A stretch of DNA of 55,165 nt from Octopus bimaculoides (GCF_001194135.2 NC_068984.1:121405465-121460629); one strand, 5' to 3'; shown: positions 26,003 through 40,149, counted from the first letter of the stretch. Notes: generated by a model not told the origin, from the sequence alone. Program-made: numbers and translations.

Positions 26003-28089
26003 GTTATTTGGTTTAGCTTTGGATAATGTAAATAAATTAGATGAAAATGATCAGTACATCTCTATATTTTCATTATGTACGACCAAGACCTTTATCAAAG
26101 TCTTATTTAAATATATTAAGATATCCACTGAAGCACACGTAAGTCACGTTACTTTATGCTTTGACCCTCTGTTCTTTTGTGATCGCTGTCTTTGCTTTAG
26201 ATTGTTGATACTAAATTTTCCCACTAATTAAAATATTTCGTATCCTTTTATGCTCTTATATTTATTTATTGTTTGTCTGTTATACTAATAAACAGTTTCG
26301 CTTGTTTGTTTCTTTATTAACTGTCCACTAACAAGCTTAGTTACGTTAACTATTTCATATTTTTCTTTTTTTAAGTGATATAAATGCACTGTTGGCGAAT
26401 TTTAATATAGCTAGATTCACGTTCAACTCGTGATATTATGATAAATAATAATAGTGATAAACTTTATTGATTGTCTTTTCACATTCGACACATTATTTAA
26501 TCATGAGAGTAAATTGATAAAATAATCTTGTGACTACATTGGAGCACATATTCGCATTAAATGGACTTGCATCATTTAATAGCAAACTACGTAGGTGTCT
26601 CTAATTATATATATATAAATATATATATATAGATATAGTTTGATACGAATGTATTAGATTTTTTTTCACCAACGTTAGTTTCATTTATATAATAATTGAA
26701 GATCTCTTCCATACAAATTTTGTTTTGTTTCTTATTCCTCTGTCCTCAACCCTATTTTCTTATCTGCAGATCATCATTCTGAAGAAAAATTTTAAGCTAA
26801 CACTTTTTCGTAGGCGGTAAAGTTTTAATGAAAAACATTCGCCTAAACTAAAATATGCGCAGTGGACATTGGTTTTCAAATTGTTTTTATTTTCATTTTT
26901 AATTACGCTAATAATAACACATTTTCCACAACATACATATATATATTTATTTATTTACATATATATGTAGCCGTAATTATTTTCTTTTGTTATTAAACTC
27001 GGTTTAAATCTTTTGACCCATCTTGTATCCATCTGAGTATTTGAGGAAACTACATTACGTTAAATGCGCCTCATTTCTGTTATTTAAGCAGTATTGTTTC
27101 CGTATGATTTTTTCTCTACATTAATAAATGGGAGATAATTTCTCCCTCTGTACTTTAGCATATTAGCTTAATGATTTCGATCATTTAAATAAATCACTTG
27201 TAACAATATTTCAAGCGATTCTTCAGAAGACATTCTCATGAATATAATCAATCCTTTCTCTCGTGATATCTTTTTCTTTCATTTTTTTTTAAATCATAAA
27301 ATTCCAAGTTATATTTACTAGTTTATATACTTTAACGCTAAAACAAATACGATTTTTCTTCGCAAAATCGCTGTTTACATATACATTATATATATTTTCT
27401 CCGAAATGTACTTGTTCATCATTTTCTACCTCTCCCCAGTAATCATTTCCTTTCGCTGATCACAAGACCTTTTTATATGAGGCGGGAAGGTGCTTCAAAT
27501 AGTTGAACTGAATTTGCTCTTCTGATATATTACCGATCCTTTTTTTTTTTTTTTTTTTTTTCCCTTTTCATTTCCTTTAAAAGTAAAAAAAGGAAAGTAA
27601 ACCTCATTTAGCTTAGAAACTTTATAATTGTTTCAGCTCACTACTGTCTATCCATATAAATTCTAATGCGAGGCGGGGGTAGGGACTTTATGTAAGCATA
27701 CTTTCTATTCAAATCTCCACATTTATTTTTAAAATGATGACCACATGTTTCAAGTCCAAATTCTTCGGACAACATGCTCTATCGTAAGAATGAATTACCT
27801 CAGCAAAGAAGTCTAATCTAAAGTAGCATATCAAATAACTCATGTTTACATGAGTGTAAAATAGGTGTAAACTAATTCATGTTTACATTGTATAGGTGTA
27901 CTTAAAAAAAATTCCCGCATAATAATTTTTTAAGAATGGTACTAACAATTTACTTTTTTCAAAAAAACAAAATTAGAATTTGTCGTTATTCTTCTCCTCT
28001 ATCGAACAACACACTGAAATACAAAATATTATTACGGACAACTGCCAAATCAATTCCTAATACTCTATCTCAGTCATAAAACCTCTTCA

Positions 28090-28501
28090 CCCGTCGCTTA
28101 ACTACCTTTGCCCGATGACGTTAATAAAAAATCTTCGGCGATTTACCAGCGAAGCTAGTCTCCAGCTCTACCCTGTTCGAAGATATATGCCTAGTAGCCA
28201 TACTGCATGCATCGCTTGCTTTCCTCGGTCCTCATTGCGGTACTCGACGGCTAGAATTCTGCCTCCCACTTTTAGTTGTCAGCGACTGCGGAGTACGAAA
28301 GCAGGTCATCCTGTGGGATTGTTTACCTTCACGGTGGTCCAATCTGGTGGGATCCAAGTCGGAAGGTAGCACCATTGTCTAGCTTAGCACCAGTCTGGGA
28401 ATGCCTAGAACAGTTGAAGGCCGTTGAGTCAGACATTGTTCCGTGAATCGCGTGGAGCAAGCCAACTGTGCACGACCGTGTTGATTTTGTGCAAATGCTC
28501 C
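28090..28501 (+). promoter_or_regulatory. CpG-rich candidate promoter / non-coding first exon of the adaptor gene
   Basis: About 25 CpG in ~420 bp of apparently non-repeat DNA. TGACGT near 28115, TGAGTCA at 28425-28431, GGGAATGCCT at 28397-28406, donor-like CC|GTATGT after 28501. CpG depletion starts just downstream. Confidence 0.4.
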
Positions 28502-28518
28502 GTATGTCAGTTTCCTTG

Positions 28519-28598
<80 letters not shown>

Positions 28599-29576
28599 GC
28601 GTTGGTATGGTTTGAAACATTTAACGTCCGTGTTCCACACTAGCATAAGTTGGACGATTTGACTGGATCCAGTGGCCCCAAGGACTGAATCATGTTCCTG
28701 TCTCTACTTTGGCACGGTTTCTTAGGCTGGATGCCCTTCCTAATACTAACCACTCTACAGTGTATACTGGTTGCTTTTCATGTGCAACCTTCATTAGTAA
28801 GACTGCCATGCAGTTTGCAAGATTATGAGCCCCGAGGAACGACTTTATGCAAGGAGATTGGTATTAATAAAAGTATACAGGAGCTGGTTGGGAAGAGAGA
28901 GACAGGTGTTGTGCATGCAAAAGGTAAGAGACGTGGTGGTGAAAAGGGAGATCAGTGGGGTGTGTGACCAATGAAAGTATGGGTGAAGAGAACAATATTG
29001 ATAGATGAAGAGTGGATAACAAGTGAATTGGTGCTGGGTAGTAAAAGAAGTAAGTGGTGTCAAGGAAGAGATGCTGTTAAAGGATGTAATGGGTGATGGG
29101 GATGTCTTGAAGAGAAGGAAATTGATGAAGGAAGGGCTCAGATGTGCATGCATATATTATATATATATATGTACACATACACATGCGCACAGCTCTACCA
29201 GAACTCAGTTTCACCTAGATGGGCATGTCTTCTTGAGAACCATTTATTGCTAGTCATCCTGGTCCTTTGTGATCACCTCCATGAGGTTCGTATGGTGCTT
29301 TTTACATGCCACCGGTGCAGGAGCCAGCATTGACCATGTTCGGATAGTGCTTTTTACATGCCATTGGCACAGGAGCCAGCTAGGGGTCACTGGCCCCAGC
29401 TACAGCAAATAAATTTGCATTTACCAGCAACATTTCTTCCATAGCTAAGTTTATTTGGGAGTATTTTACTTTCCCTATGGAAATTTGGAGAGCAATACAG
29501 AGAATGAAATTAAAGAAACGAACACATTTGGATCATCTTATTCCTGCCGATATAAAAAAGGATTTTATTATTATTA

Positions 29577-30047
29577 TAGGGTGAAAGAGCAGTGCATGCC
29601 ATCAAAGTGATACTGGGGTAAAATATATGAAGCCCATTATACCCATCGTGACTACCTGTCTGATCAGGGTATACCAGGCACATGCATCACAACCATATGT
29701 GCACGACATGGTGAGCTCATATCAAGATAAACAGCGCATGACCTTGCAGGTGGGGCCCAGTTAGAATTTTCTTCAGGTCGAGTAGCCCCATCCCACTCAA
29801 AAGGTCCCTGAATAATGTTTGTTTAAGGATGTTGAGCAAAACACCCATGTTTCCAAAGGTGAATTATCCAAACCCAAAGAATTCCTCTCAACACAGGCTT
29901 TGATGCTCCCCCAGTACTTCTACTCATGATCAGAGATGCACATATCGTCAGCCACCAAGGGACATGCTCAACTGGTTAAGGTCAAGCAACTGACAAGCAA
30001 ATCTGTGGTATTGAGCAGAATATTTGCTATAGCCCATCTTTTATACC

Positions 30048-30048
<1 letters not shown>
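29577..30048. mobile_element. ~470-bp interspersed repeat (second copy 33468-33898), probably a retroposon 3' end
   Basis: Two colinear similar copies, each abutting (TTA)n. Confidence 0.7.
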
Positions 30049-30081
<33 letters not shown>

Positions 30082-31625
30082 TGGCAGCAAGCTAGCAGAA
30101 TAGTTAGCACACCGGGCAAATGCTTAGCAGCATTTCACCCATCTTTAACATTCTGAGTTCAAATTCCACCAAGATTGACTTTGCCTTTCATCCTTTCAGG
30201 GTCGATAAAATAATTACCAGTTGAACACTGGAGTCAATGTAATTGACTCATCCCCTCCCACCAAAATTGCTGCCCTTGTGGCAAAATTTGAAACCATTAT
30301 TATTTTATTTGTTAGTTTGACATCTAGTCTTCCATGTTAGCATGGGTGAGGTGGTTATATGTTACTGAAGCATTGTTTTACAGCCATTTACCCTTCCCAT
30401 TGTTAACCCTTAGCCATCTTTCAAGTAAAGGAGTTTATGCCTATTTTTAGATGTGCAGAGCTACCAGATGATTTGTTGAAATGGAAATGTCCCAAATGTC
30501 ACCATACCTAACCCAGTAATCTTCGTCTGAAGCACAGAATGTAAAACATTTAAACAGACGTACATGCACAAGCATACATACACACACACACTCACACAAA
30601 TGCACACTGACACACAATAACATATATCTCTATGGACTTTTACAGTTTCCATCTACCAAATTCACTCACAAAGCATTGGGCAGCTTCAGACTATAGTAGA
30701 AAAGTGAACTTTTTAACCACATAGCCATGGCTGCATCTATAAGTTTTGAGTTGATCTTTATCTCATTACCACTGTTTTTATCTCTTTGCAGTACCATCCA
30801 ATCACTCCCACCCTCTAGTCTAAAAAATGACTAGTCATGTAACTCATCAACAGCAGGATCCCTATTCTACTCTGGTCTCTCCTCTCATGCTTTCACCATT
30901 CGATTCCTGGCATAAAGCCACTCCACTTGAGGCTCATAGTCTTGCAAGCTGCATGACAACCTTATGAAAAATGCATCCAGAACACACTGTAAAGTAGAAG
31001 GGCATCCAACCATTGAAATTATGTCAAAGCAGACACTGGAGCACAATCCAGCCCTTGGACCCCTTGGTTTCTATCAAACTGTCCAACCTATGCCAGCATG
31101 GAACATGGACATTAAAAGATGATGATAGTGATATAAGTTTGTATTTATTATGTGTTTTTTCAAGTGATGAGTGGCTAAAAACCAAGTCAGTTGTTTTTAT
31201 ATCCTGTTGTGAGTATTATTATATATCAGTGGTCAAAACTTTCAACAACCAGTCTGTCTAACTGTAAGTGGGGGACCATATGGGACTACAATTAACTGTT
31301 GAAACTATATGTAACACAGTAAAATTGATGAGCTTTTCATTTCCTTGAATTCTAAAATTAATACCTCCTGTAGGTGTAGTTTTGATAAAGATAGGTATTT
31401 TGAGGACTGATTTGCTGCAGATACATTCATTAAGTGAAGTCGCTTTCTTATTCAAGTGTTTTATATATATGTGTGTGTGTGTGTGTGTGTTTATCTCGTG
31501 TTCCTTTCTGTTGAAGAGTGTAGGCTCAAAACGTAAAAGACTTTCTCACCTTCCCGAGTGTTAAACTAATATTCCTGTTTGTTGTTTATACACCTGTCTT
31601 CGTCTTTTGTTTTTCTGTAAATTTC

Positions 31626-31682
<57 letters not shown>

Positions 31683-32829
31683 TGTAGTGTTTCTATAATC
31701 CAATCAATCATGAGATTCGTCATCATCATAAGTCCACATTTCTTTGCTTCATTGGTCCGACAGAATTTATTGTGGCAGATTTCCTTCCTATCACCAATCC
31801 TCACCTGTAAGGTAATATTTCCCCTTGGCCAAACATGCTTTGATGGAAGATTGGAAATGAAGGACACTGCTTTCTATGGTGGTGACATTCATTTACAACT
31901 ATCACATGATTTCAAGGCAAGAAGACAGTGACACACAGGAACACACACATACAATTGACTTCTTCCAGTTTCCATCTACCTATCTACTCACAAGGCTCAA
32001 CTATAACCCTCACTCACATAGCAAAGGGCTATAGTTGAAGACACTGGCCTAAGGTGTCACGCAATAGGACTGAACTAGAGACCATGTAGTTGGGAAGCAA
32101 TCTTCTTACCACACAGCCATGCTTGTGCTGTTTGACTGTCATTATTTCAAATGATACAAACTCATTAGTTTCACTGAGTCTTAATTTCAATTTAAGATAT
32201 TGCAGGCATGGTTAATAAGTTTGCTTCACAAATATGTGGTCCTGGGTTCAATCCCACTTCATTTTACTTTTGTCTTAATGTCTTCTAACAAAGATCTAGT
32301 AATAGCTTTAATGCATGAGATTTGAGTTTAGAAAGCTACAAAACTGTTGTGTTGACTTATATATAACATAATGAAGCTAAATATTTGATTACATTATATA
32401 CTATGTTGATTTGTATGCTGGAAAACACAGTGTCCAAATTTCAGACATAATCATAAGTATTCTTATTTTCAGACATGGTATATCTGGGATTACATTATCT
32501 GAAGCACCCATTCTTTCTATTTATTTATTTATTTATTTGATTACATGGTGTAACTTGATGAATATTTGGTTGTTATTTTTAGCAGATTTTTAGCAATTAT
32601 GTGGAGATTCCCTTGCTAGCCAAAACCATATAATATGAATGGATAATGTGTCTGAAAACCATGCCACAGAATGGTAATGAAAGATGCAATGGGCAAAGCT
32701 TAGACTAATGCGAAAAGAAAAAGTAGAAAATGGAAGAAAAGATAACAGAAAAAAGAGGGGGAAATAGAAAGAAAATTCACAGCAACAATGCTCTTCTCAG
32801 TACGTGTGATATACTAGTCAAAACAATCT

Positions 32830-33207
32830 TTTGCACTTCTTGCCTGGATGGTAAACCAGAGATCATTCTCAAATAATATTCAGTTCCTTTTTTTCATCAT
32901 TCCAAGTGCTCCCTACAATCACTGGTATTGTAATCATCTTGAGATACTCCACTTTTTCTGAGTACAATGAGCAAGTTTTTATATTTTCTGAACTTGTCAA
33001 ATTCTTTTGCTGAGATATTATAATCACAAGGAATGCTCATGTTGATCAATAAACAAACTTCATTGTTTTGGTCTTTCACAACAATGTCCAGTTTATTAGC
33101 TTTGATGGTCCAGTCTGTATGTACTGGAAAGCTTCAAAGAATCGTTACATTTTCTTCCTCAGTTACAGCTCCAGGATGGTGCTTATACCATTTGTCAGCA
33201 GTTTTGG

Positions 33208-33215
<8 letters not shown>
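32830..33215 (-). mobile_element. R4/Dong-like RLE fragment
   Basis: KDQNNEVCLLINMSIPCDYNISAKEFDKFRKYKNL. Confidence 0.65.
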
Positions 33216-33243
<28 letters not shown>

Positions 33244-33929
33244 GGCAGCAAGCTGGCAGAATCGTTAGAATGCCAGGCAGAGTGCTTAACGGTATTTTAT
33301 CCATCATCACATTCTGAGTTCAAATTCCGCCAAGGTCAACTTTGCCTTTCATCCTTACAGGGTTGATAAATTAAGTACCAATTGAGCACTGAGATCAATG
33401 TAATTGACCAGTCCCCTCCCCACAAATTTCAGACCCTGTACCTATAGCAGAAAGGATTATTATTATCGAGTGAGAGAGCAGCGCATACCACCAAAGTGAC
33501 ACTGGGGTGCAAATATACGAAGCTCAATATTACCATCATGAATACCCATCTGATAAGGGTACATCAAGCACATGCATCACAACCATATGTGCACGACATG
33601 GTGATCTCATGTCAAGATAAACAGTGCATGACCTTGCAGATGGGGCCCAGTTAGAATTTTCTTCAGGTTGAGTAGCCAATCCTGCTCAAAATGATGAACA
33701 AAACACCCATGCTTCCAGAGGTGAATTATTCAAACCCCAAATAATTCCTTTCAATACATGGTTATGATGTTCCCCAACTACTTCTGCTCATGATCAGAGA
33801 TGCACATATCATCAGCCACTAAGGGACATGTTCAACTAGTTAAGGTCAAGCAAATCTGGTATTGAGCAGAATATTTGCTGTAGCCCATCTTTTATACCAT
33901 TATCTCTTTATCACAGGTTTGGTTGGAAC

Positions 33930-34170
33930 TCCTGGAGTCTTGTATGTGTAGTGGGCTTACTACCTGCAACCTATGGTAAAATACCATTCATTCTTTTGAG
34001 CTAATACTTTCCTGATTATTCTGGCAGTGCCAAGAGGGAAACCCTTTTGTAACAGTTCTACTGGGCATTCTATTCCAATTTCCTTTATATTCCTCTTGAT
34101 GCCTTCTGATACTGTTACCAAGGACCCAACAATAATTGGCACTATCTTCACCTTCTTCATTTTCTATAGC
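33930..34170 (-). mobile_element. R4/Dong-like 3' ORF end
   Basis: VKIVPIIVGSLVTV...ELLQKGFPLGTARIIRKVL. Confidence 0.7.
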
Positions 34171-34354
34171 CAGGCTATTTTGTACTTAAGAAGGTTATAT
34201 GACTATTCGTGGGTCAAAGGGGCATGCAACGTCAACTATATAGCATATGTGGTGCACCTTGTCCACCACCACTAGGTCCATTATTATCATTATTATCACC
34301 ATCATCATCATCACCATTATTATTAATCTGATTATTTACATTGTTTATTTTCAG

Positions 34355-34403
34355 TTGTGCTATGGACTATAAAATACTGTTAGATTGCTGAAGTTTATTG
34401 AAG
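34355..34403 (+). other. Candidate 49-nt 5'UTR exon containing a uORF (MDYKILLDC*)
   Basis: Acceptor ttgtttattttcag| and donor AAG|GTAATG in non-repeat DNA inside the CpG-depleted domain. Confidence 0.3.
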
Positions 34404-35220
34404 GTAATGTATTAAAACTATTTCTTTTAATGCTTTAAAACTCACTAAATATCGTTTGAAATTATGTGTGTTTATCATAATTTAAATAGTCTGTTTGCAT
34501 ATCCTTTAATGAATGATTTCAACAAGTATGGAAGAAGAGTAGAGAGTGTAGGAAAGTGCTATTTCTAGATATGTTGCTAGAGGCAACAGGATGAGGTCAG
34601 AATAAATTGCTGCTGAAGAGGAAGTCCAATGTTTATGATGCTGTTATTTGTATTGTAATATGAGATCACCATAGGAGATCATCAGTGGTTATCATGCCTT
34701 ACATTTGTAGCAACTTTTAAGGTTGTAGTTGCATGTTGCCCTTGGCTAGAGTTTGAGGTATTTGACTGTTTCTTTGATGTGTACAATGGTTGTGTCTTAA
34801 TGTTGTGAGGTTTTTGTTCATGAAGGTTGTACAAGTATGGTTTAAGATATCCAGGTTACAGGCGGATGATGCTTCACGCTTGTGTACAGGGCATGAAGTG
34901 CTTGATGCTTGTGTGCAGGACATTAGGAATGGCATCATCTATGAATGAGTGGACAGTGCTGGAGATGATGGCCAGAAGATCATAATTGTCCCTGAGAAAG
35001 AGTGTAAAGAGCATAACTGATACTTGGTGTGCTCAAGAAATGGTTGAAAGCATCAGAGATAGTCCCATTAGCACATAATTATTTCAACTCTACAAAGAAC
35101 AGTCATGGACAAACTGCAGCCTGTAAGACTTTTTGAATAGCACACTTATTTTTTTTTTTAGTAGTATAGTATACCTGATGTAGTATACCTTTTAGTAGTA
35201 TAGTATACCTAGCTTCACTA

Positions 35221-36400
35221 TCAGAACTAGAGGAGAAGTTTCAGGTGTGGAAGCAAGGTCTAGAATTGAAGGGCCTTAGAGTCAACCTAGCTAAAACCAA
35301 AATCTTAATAAGTAGGAAGGTAGATAAAACACAAACCCCTTCAGGTAGATGGCCCTGCTCAGTATGTAGAAAAGGAGTAGGTAGTAACTCTATAAGATGT
35401 ACCCGGTGCAAGCTATGGACACATAAGAGGTGCAGCAACATCAAAGGCAGGTTAACTAGCAAGTTAGTTTTTGTTTGTGGCAGATGTTCAGGTGCAATAA
35501 AGACTGTAAACAAACAGGAAACAACTTCTATCTCATTCCAGGGTGAAAAACTAGAGGTAGTCGATAGCTTCCGCNNNNNNNNNNNNNNNNNNNNNNNNNN
35601 NNNNNNNNNNNNNNNNNNNNNNNNNNNNNNNNNNNNNNNNNNNNNNNNNNNNNNNNNNNNNNNNNNNNNNNNNNNNNNNNNNNNNNNNNNNNNNNNNNNN
35701 NNNNNNNNNNNNNNNNNNNNNNNNNNNNNNNNNNNNNNNNNNNNNNNNNNNNNNNNNNNNNNNNNNNNNNNNNNNNNNNNNNNNNNNNNNNNNNNNNNNN
35801 NNNNNNNNNNNNNNNNNNNNNNNNNNNNNNNNNNNNNNNNNNNNNNNNNNNNNNNNNNNNNNNNNNNNNNNNNNNNNNNNNNNNNNNNNNNNNNNNNNNN
35901 NNNNNNNNNNNNNNNNNNNNNNNNNNNNNNNNNNNNNNNNNNNNNNNNNNNNNNNNNNNNNNNNNNNNNNNNNNNNNNNNNNNNNNNNNNNNNNNNNNNN
36001 NNNNNNNNNNNNNNNNNNNNNNNNNNNNNNNNNNNNNNNNNNNNNNNNNNNNNNNNNNNNNNNNNNNNNNNNNNNNNNNNNNNNNNNNNNNNNNNNNNNN
36101 NNNNNNNNNNNNNNNNNNNNNNNNNGCAAGCCAAGTAAGATCGTTGCCAGTGCCCCTGGACTGGCCTGTGCGGGTGGCACATAAAAGACACCATTTCGAG
36201 CGTGGCCGTTTTCGTGCGGGGTGACACGTAAAAGCACCCACTACACTCTCTGAGTGGTTGGCGTTAGGAAGGGCATCCAGCTGTAGAAACTCTGCCAAAT
36301 TAGATTGGAGCCTGGTGTTGCCATCCGGTTTCACCAGTCCTCAGTCAAATCGTCCAACCCATGCTAGCATGGAAAGTGGACGTTAAACGATGATGATGAT
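35221..36400 (+). mobile_element. 5'-truncated RTE-clade LINE with a Cys-rich (PHD-like) insertion in the RT; relatively young
   Basis: GLRVNLAKTKIL...WPCSVCRKGVGSNSIRCTRCKLWTHKRCS...VCGRC...LEVVDSFR. Gap 35575-36125; 3'UTR ends in (GAT)n; CpGs retained. Confidence 0.85.
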
Positions 36401-39400
36401 GACAAGCCATGCTTCATGTGGTTCACTTCTTGAAAAAGGTTGGCCATGCCTAACCAAGAACTTGGCTCCAAAACATCAAACTTAAAGTGCCACCTACCGA
36501 ATCAACTGTCTTTCTTACCAAGAAACTTAGTATTTAAACAATACACTAGATTCATCATGGACTGTTGGTCCTGCCTGGACACCAAATCTATATAACAAAT
36601 TATAAAAAACACAACACTTCACTTCACATCATTATATGTTGCACGCAGCCCATATTCATAAACCACTTTTCATAACAAACACCTACTGTCATAGCTCTCT
36701 AAATAATGATTTGTTACTTGGACACACAGACTTGAGTGTTGGAAAAGGGAACAATTGATTATATCAACTCCAGTACTTGACTGGTAATTTATTTTATTAA
36801 TCCCAGAAAGGTTTGAACTCAGAACATAGAATACCATATCTAAATCCCACAAATCATTTGCCTGTTGTTCTAATGTTTCTGCCACTTTGCTTTGCTCATA
36901 ATGATTTCTAATTTGGGTGCAAGTTCAGCAATTTCATAGGGAATGGGTGTCAAATCAATCTCAGTACTTGACTGGTCTTCTGTTTTATTGGCTATAGAAG
37001 GATGGAAAGTAAACTTAACTTCAAGAGGTTTTAAACTCAGTATGTTGGGGCTGGACCAAACTTTTTGCCTGACACTTTAATGACTGCCTATCTACTGCCT
37101 TTGGTCTGTAAATAATTATTTCTACTCTAGGCACAAGGCCTTGAAAATTTGGTGGGCAGGGAGCTAGTCGATTATATCAACTCCAGTGCATAACTGGTAC
37201 TTATTTCATTGACCTCGAAAGGATGAAAGGCAAAGTCAACCTCGGCAGAATTTGAACTCAAAACATAGCGGCAGATGAAATACCACTAAGCATTTTGCCC
37301 AGTGTGCTAATGATTCTGCCAGCTTGCTGCCTTCCTTTGGTTTGTAAATAATAACTCTTCTTTATCAGGGCTGACATGGTGCCAAAATAATCCTATTGCC
37401 AAATTAAAGTAAAAGTCTCTACAAAGTTGATCAGCCTGTTAAAAATAGCAGCTAATTCTCTAGCAAATCACACCCCACTGTCTGAAACAAAAAAAAAATG
37501 AAGACAAGATGGTCATAGTTAGAATGCCTTTGGCCATATGTTTGCTCAGTTAGGGCTGACCTGTGGCTGAATGACAACATCATCATCATCATCACTTATT
37601 CTTTTTATGTTTAAACCAGCCATATCTGGCCCAAATATACTATATGTTTTACATTCCAACTGGCCACATCTAGCCTCTCACATCTAACCTACATTGACAT
37701 TCTAAAGATAAACAATCACATCATTGAAACCCCAAAGCTGTAAGATAATGCATAATTAATGCAAAACAATTTGAGTGAAAAAGCATTACATTTAACAGTA
37801 ACCTGAACACATAAGGGTTAATGTCTATGTCCCACACTGGCATGAGTTGGATAGTTGGACAAGATTCAATGCGTCCAATGACTGCTTCATGCTCCAGTGT
37901 CTGCTTTGACATGGTTTCTATGTCTGGGTGCTTTCCTCATGTCACCAGTAATAGCTAGGCCTATGAAACCTGAGCAGAAGGTTTCATAGCAGATAAAGGT
38001 TAAGGGGTGAGGCAGAGTAGTTTCTTGTAGGGGAGGTACAGGGCTACTCACATTTAGGAAAGAGAGAGAAATAAAATCATTAGTAGCTGTGAAGTGGTGA
38101 TGAGGTGTCCAGGTGGCACCTCAAGAAACAAGGTGAGCAGAAATGAGTGCAAACAGAGAAACTAGGAGTGGATGGGGGTTTGTGAGAGTATATGGGTAAG
38201 GGGAAGTAGGCAATGTCTAATAATTGGATAGGGTTGAAGAGCAGATGTAGGAGAGGTTGAGGAATGTAGTAAGAGAGTAACAGGACAGTGATGATTGTGT
38301 GGTTGACATGGGGAGGATAACAGAGAGAATCAGACAAAATGCATGATGATGGAGTTCAGTGACCCAGTTTTTGTTACGATGTAATTTTGAACAGAAATTC
38401 CTGTTAATCATAGTGTCATTAAGCAAAACTGAGAAAATAAACTTTTACTCTTTTACTTGTTTCAGTCATTTTTGACTGCGGCCATGCTGGAGCACCGCCT
38501 TTAGTCGAGAAAATCAACCCCAGGACTTATTCTTTGGAAGCCTAGTACTTATTCTATCGGTCTCATTTTGCCGAACCGCTAAGTTACGGGGACATAAACA
38601 CACCAGCATCGGTTGTCAAGTGATGGTGGGGGGACAAACACAGACACGTAAACACACACACACATATATACATATACACGACGGGCTTCTTTCAGTTTCC
38701 GTCTACCAAATCCACTCACAAGGCTTTGGTCGGCCCGAGGCTATAGTAGAAGACACTTGCCCAAGGTGCCATGCAGTGGGACTGAACCCGGAACCATGTG
38801 GTTGGTAAGCAAGCTACTTACCACACAGCCACTCCGGGTTTAATTAAACTCTGTTAAAAGATAGGTGCTGGCATGGCTGTGTGGTAAGAAATTTGCTTCC
38901 CAACCACATGATTCCAGTTTCAGTCCTTCTGTGTGGCACTTTGGGCAAGTGTCTTCAACTATAACCCTGGGCTGACCAAAGTCTTGTGAGTGGATTTTGG
39001 AGATGGAAAGTGAAAGAAGCCCATTGTATGTGTTCGTGTGTGTGTAACCCCACCACTGCTTGACAACTGATGGAATAAGTACCAAGCTTAATTAAAAAAC
39101 TGTACTGGAGTCAATTCATTCAACTGAAACTCTTCGAGGTAGTGCACAGCATGGCCTCAGTCCAGAGACTAAAAAATGCAATAGACAAAAGATAGTTGAT
39201 AGCAGGAGCATTGAAAAGATGGCTAGAAATATTTATGCAGCAAAGAAGAAAAAAAAATATGAGTCAAGTTAGTAATATTTAAATTTCAGCAAGTACAATA
39301 GACAACTCGTGTCATGACCTGTCTTTTTATGATCTAGGAAATATATTGTTAGTTTATAGCTATGATTGCTACATGCCACTCACTGGTGGTTGACTAAGGC

Positions 39401-39839
39401 CAGTTGGAGTGAGGTAATTATTGTTATGACAAATTTTTGTTTTTCAATGTTATGAAATGTTAGTTCTCGCTAAGCAAATTATGTAATCTCACTAACTGTT
39501 CAATGTTCATGACTAGCCCATAGTTGGTATTTGGTGAAATTGGTCTCCTGTTATGAGTATTATAAAAGAATGCTTAGCTAGCCCAAGTGTAAAACTGGGA
39601 AGTTTATTTGTGTGTGTATTAATATGCCAGCATGACTACAGCCAGATAAATGGGACCAGTAAAAGAATATATTTGTGTGTTTATGTAAACACATAGGTCT
39701 GGTTGTGTGGTTAAGAAGTGTGCTTCCCAACTACATGGTTTCAAGTTCAGTGCCTCTATGTGGCACCTTAGGCAAATGGGTTTGGTAAACAGAAACTGAA
39801 AGAAGCCCATTGTGTGTCTGTGTGTGTTATATATACATG

Positions 39840-40052
39840 TATCTGTAAATAATATGTGGCAGTTATTCGGTGGCCATGATAAAACTCCGAGTTTCGGATG
39901 CCAGGGCAGAATCCCATGCCGCCATCTCTTCAGTTATCTGGCTTCGATGGTCAGATAACTGAAGAGATGGCGGTGTGGGTTTCCACCCCGGCATCTGAAA
40001 CTTGGAGTTTTATCATGGCTACCGAATTATTGTCACATATTATTTACAGATA
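39840..40052. mobile_element. ~210-bp palindromic MITE / long hairpin
   Basis: ~100-bp arms (39841-39940 and 39952-40051) with an 11-nt loop; TA at both ends. Confidence 0.85.
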
Positions 40053-40149
40053 AATTCCTCTATTTACATAATATCGAGGTCTCTTTCTTTCTTTTGTTGT
40101 CTTACCTTTTCTATCAATATATATACATGTATGTATATCATCAAATGCC

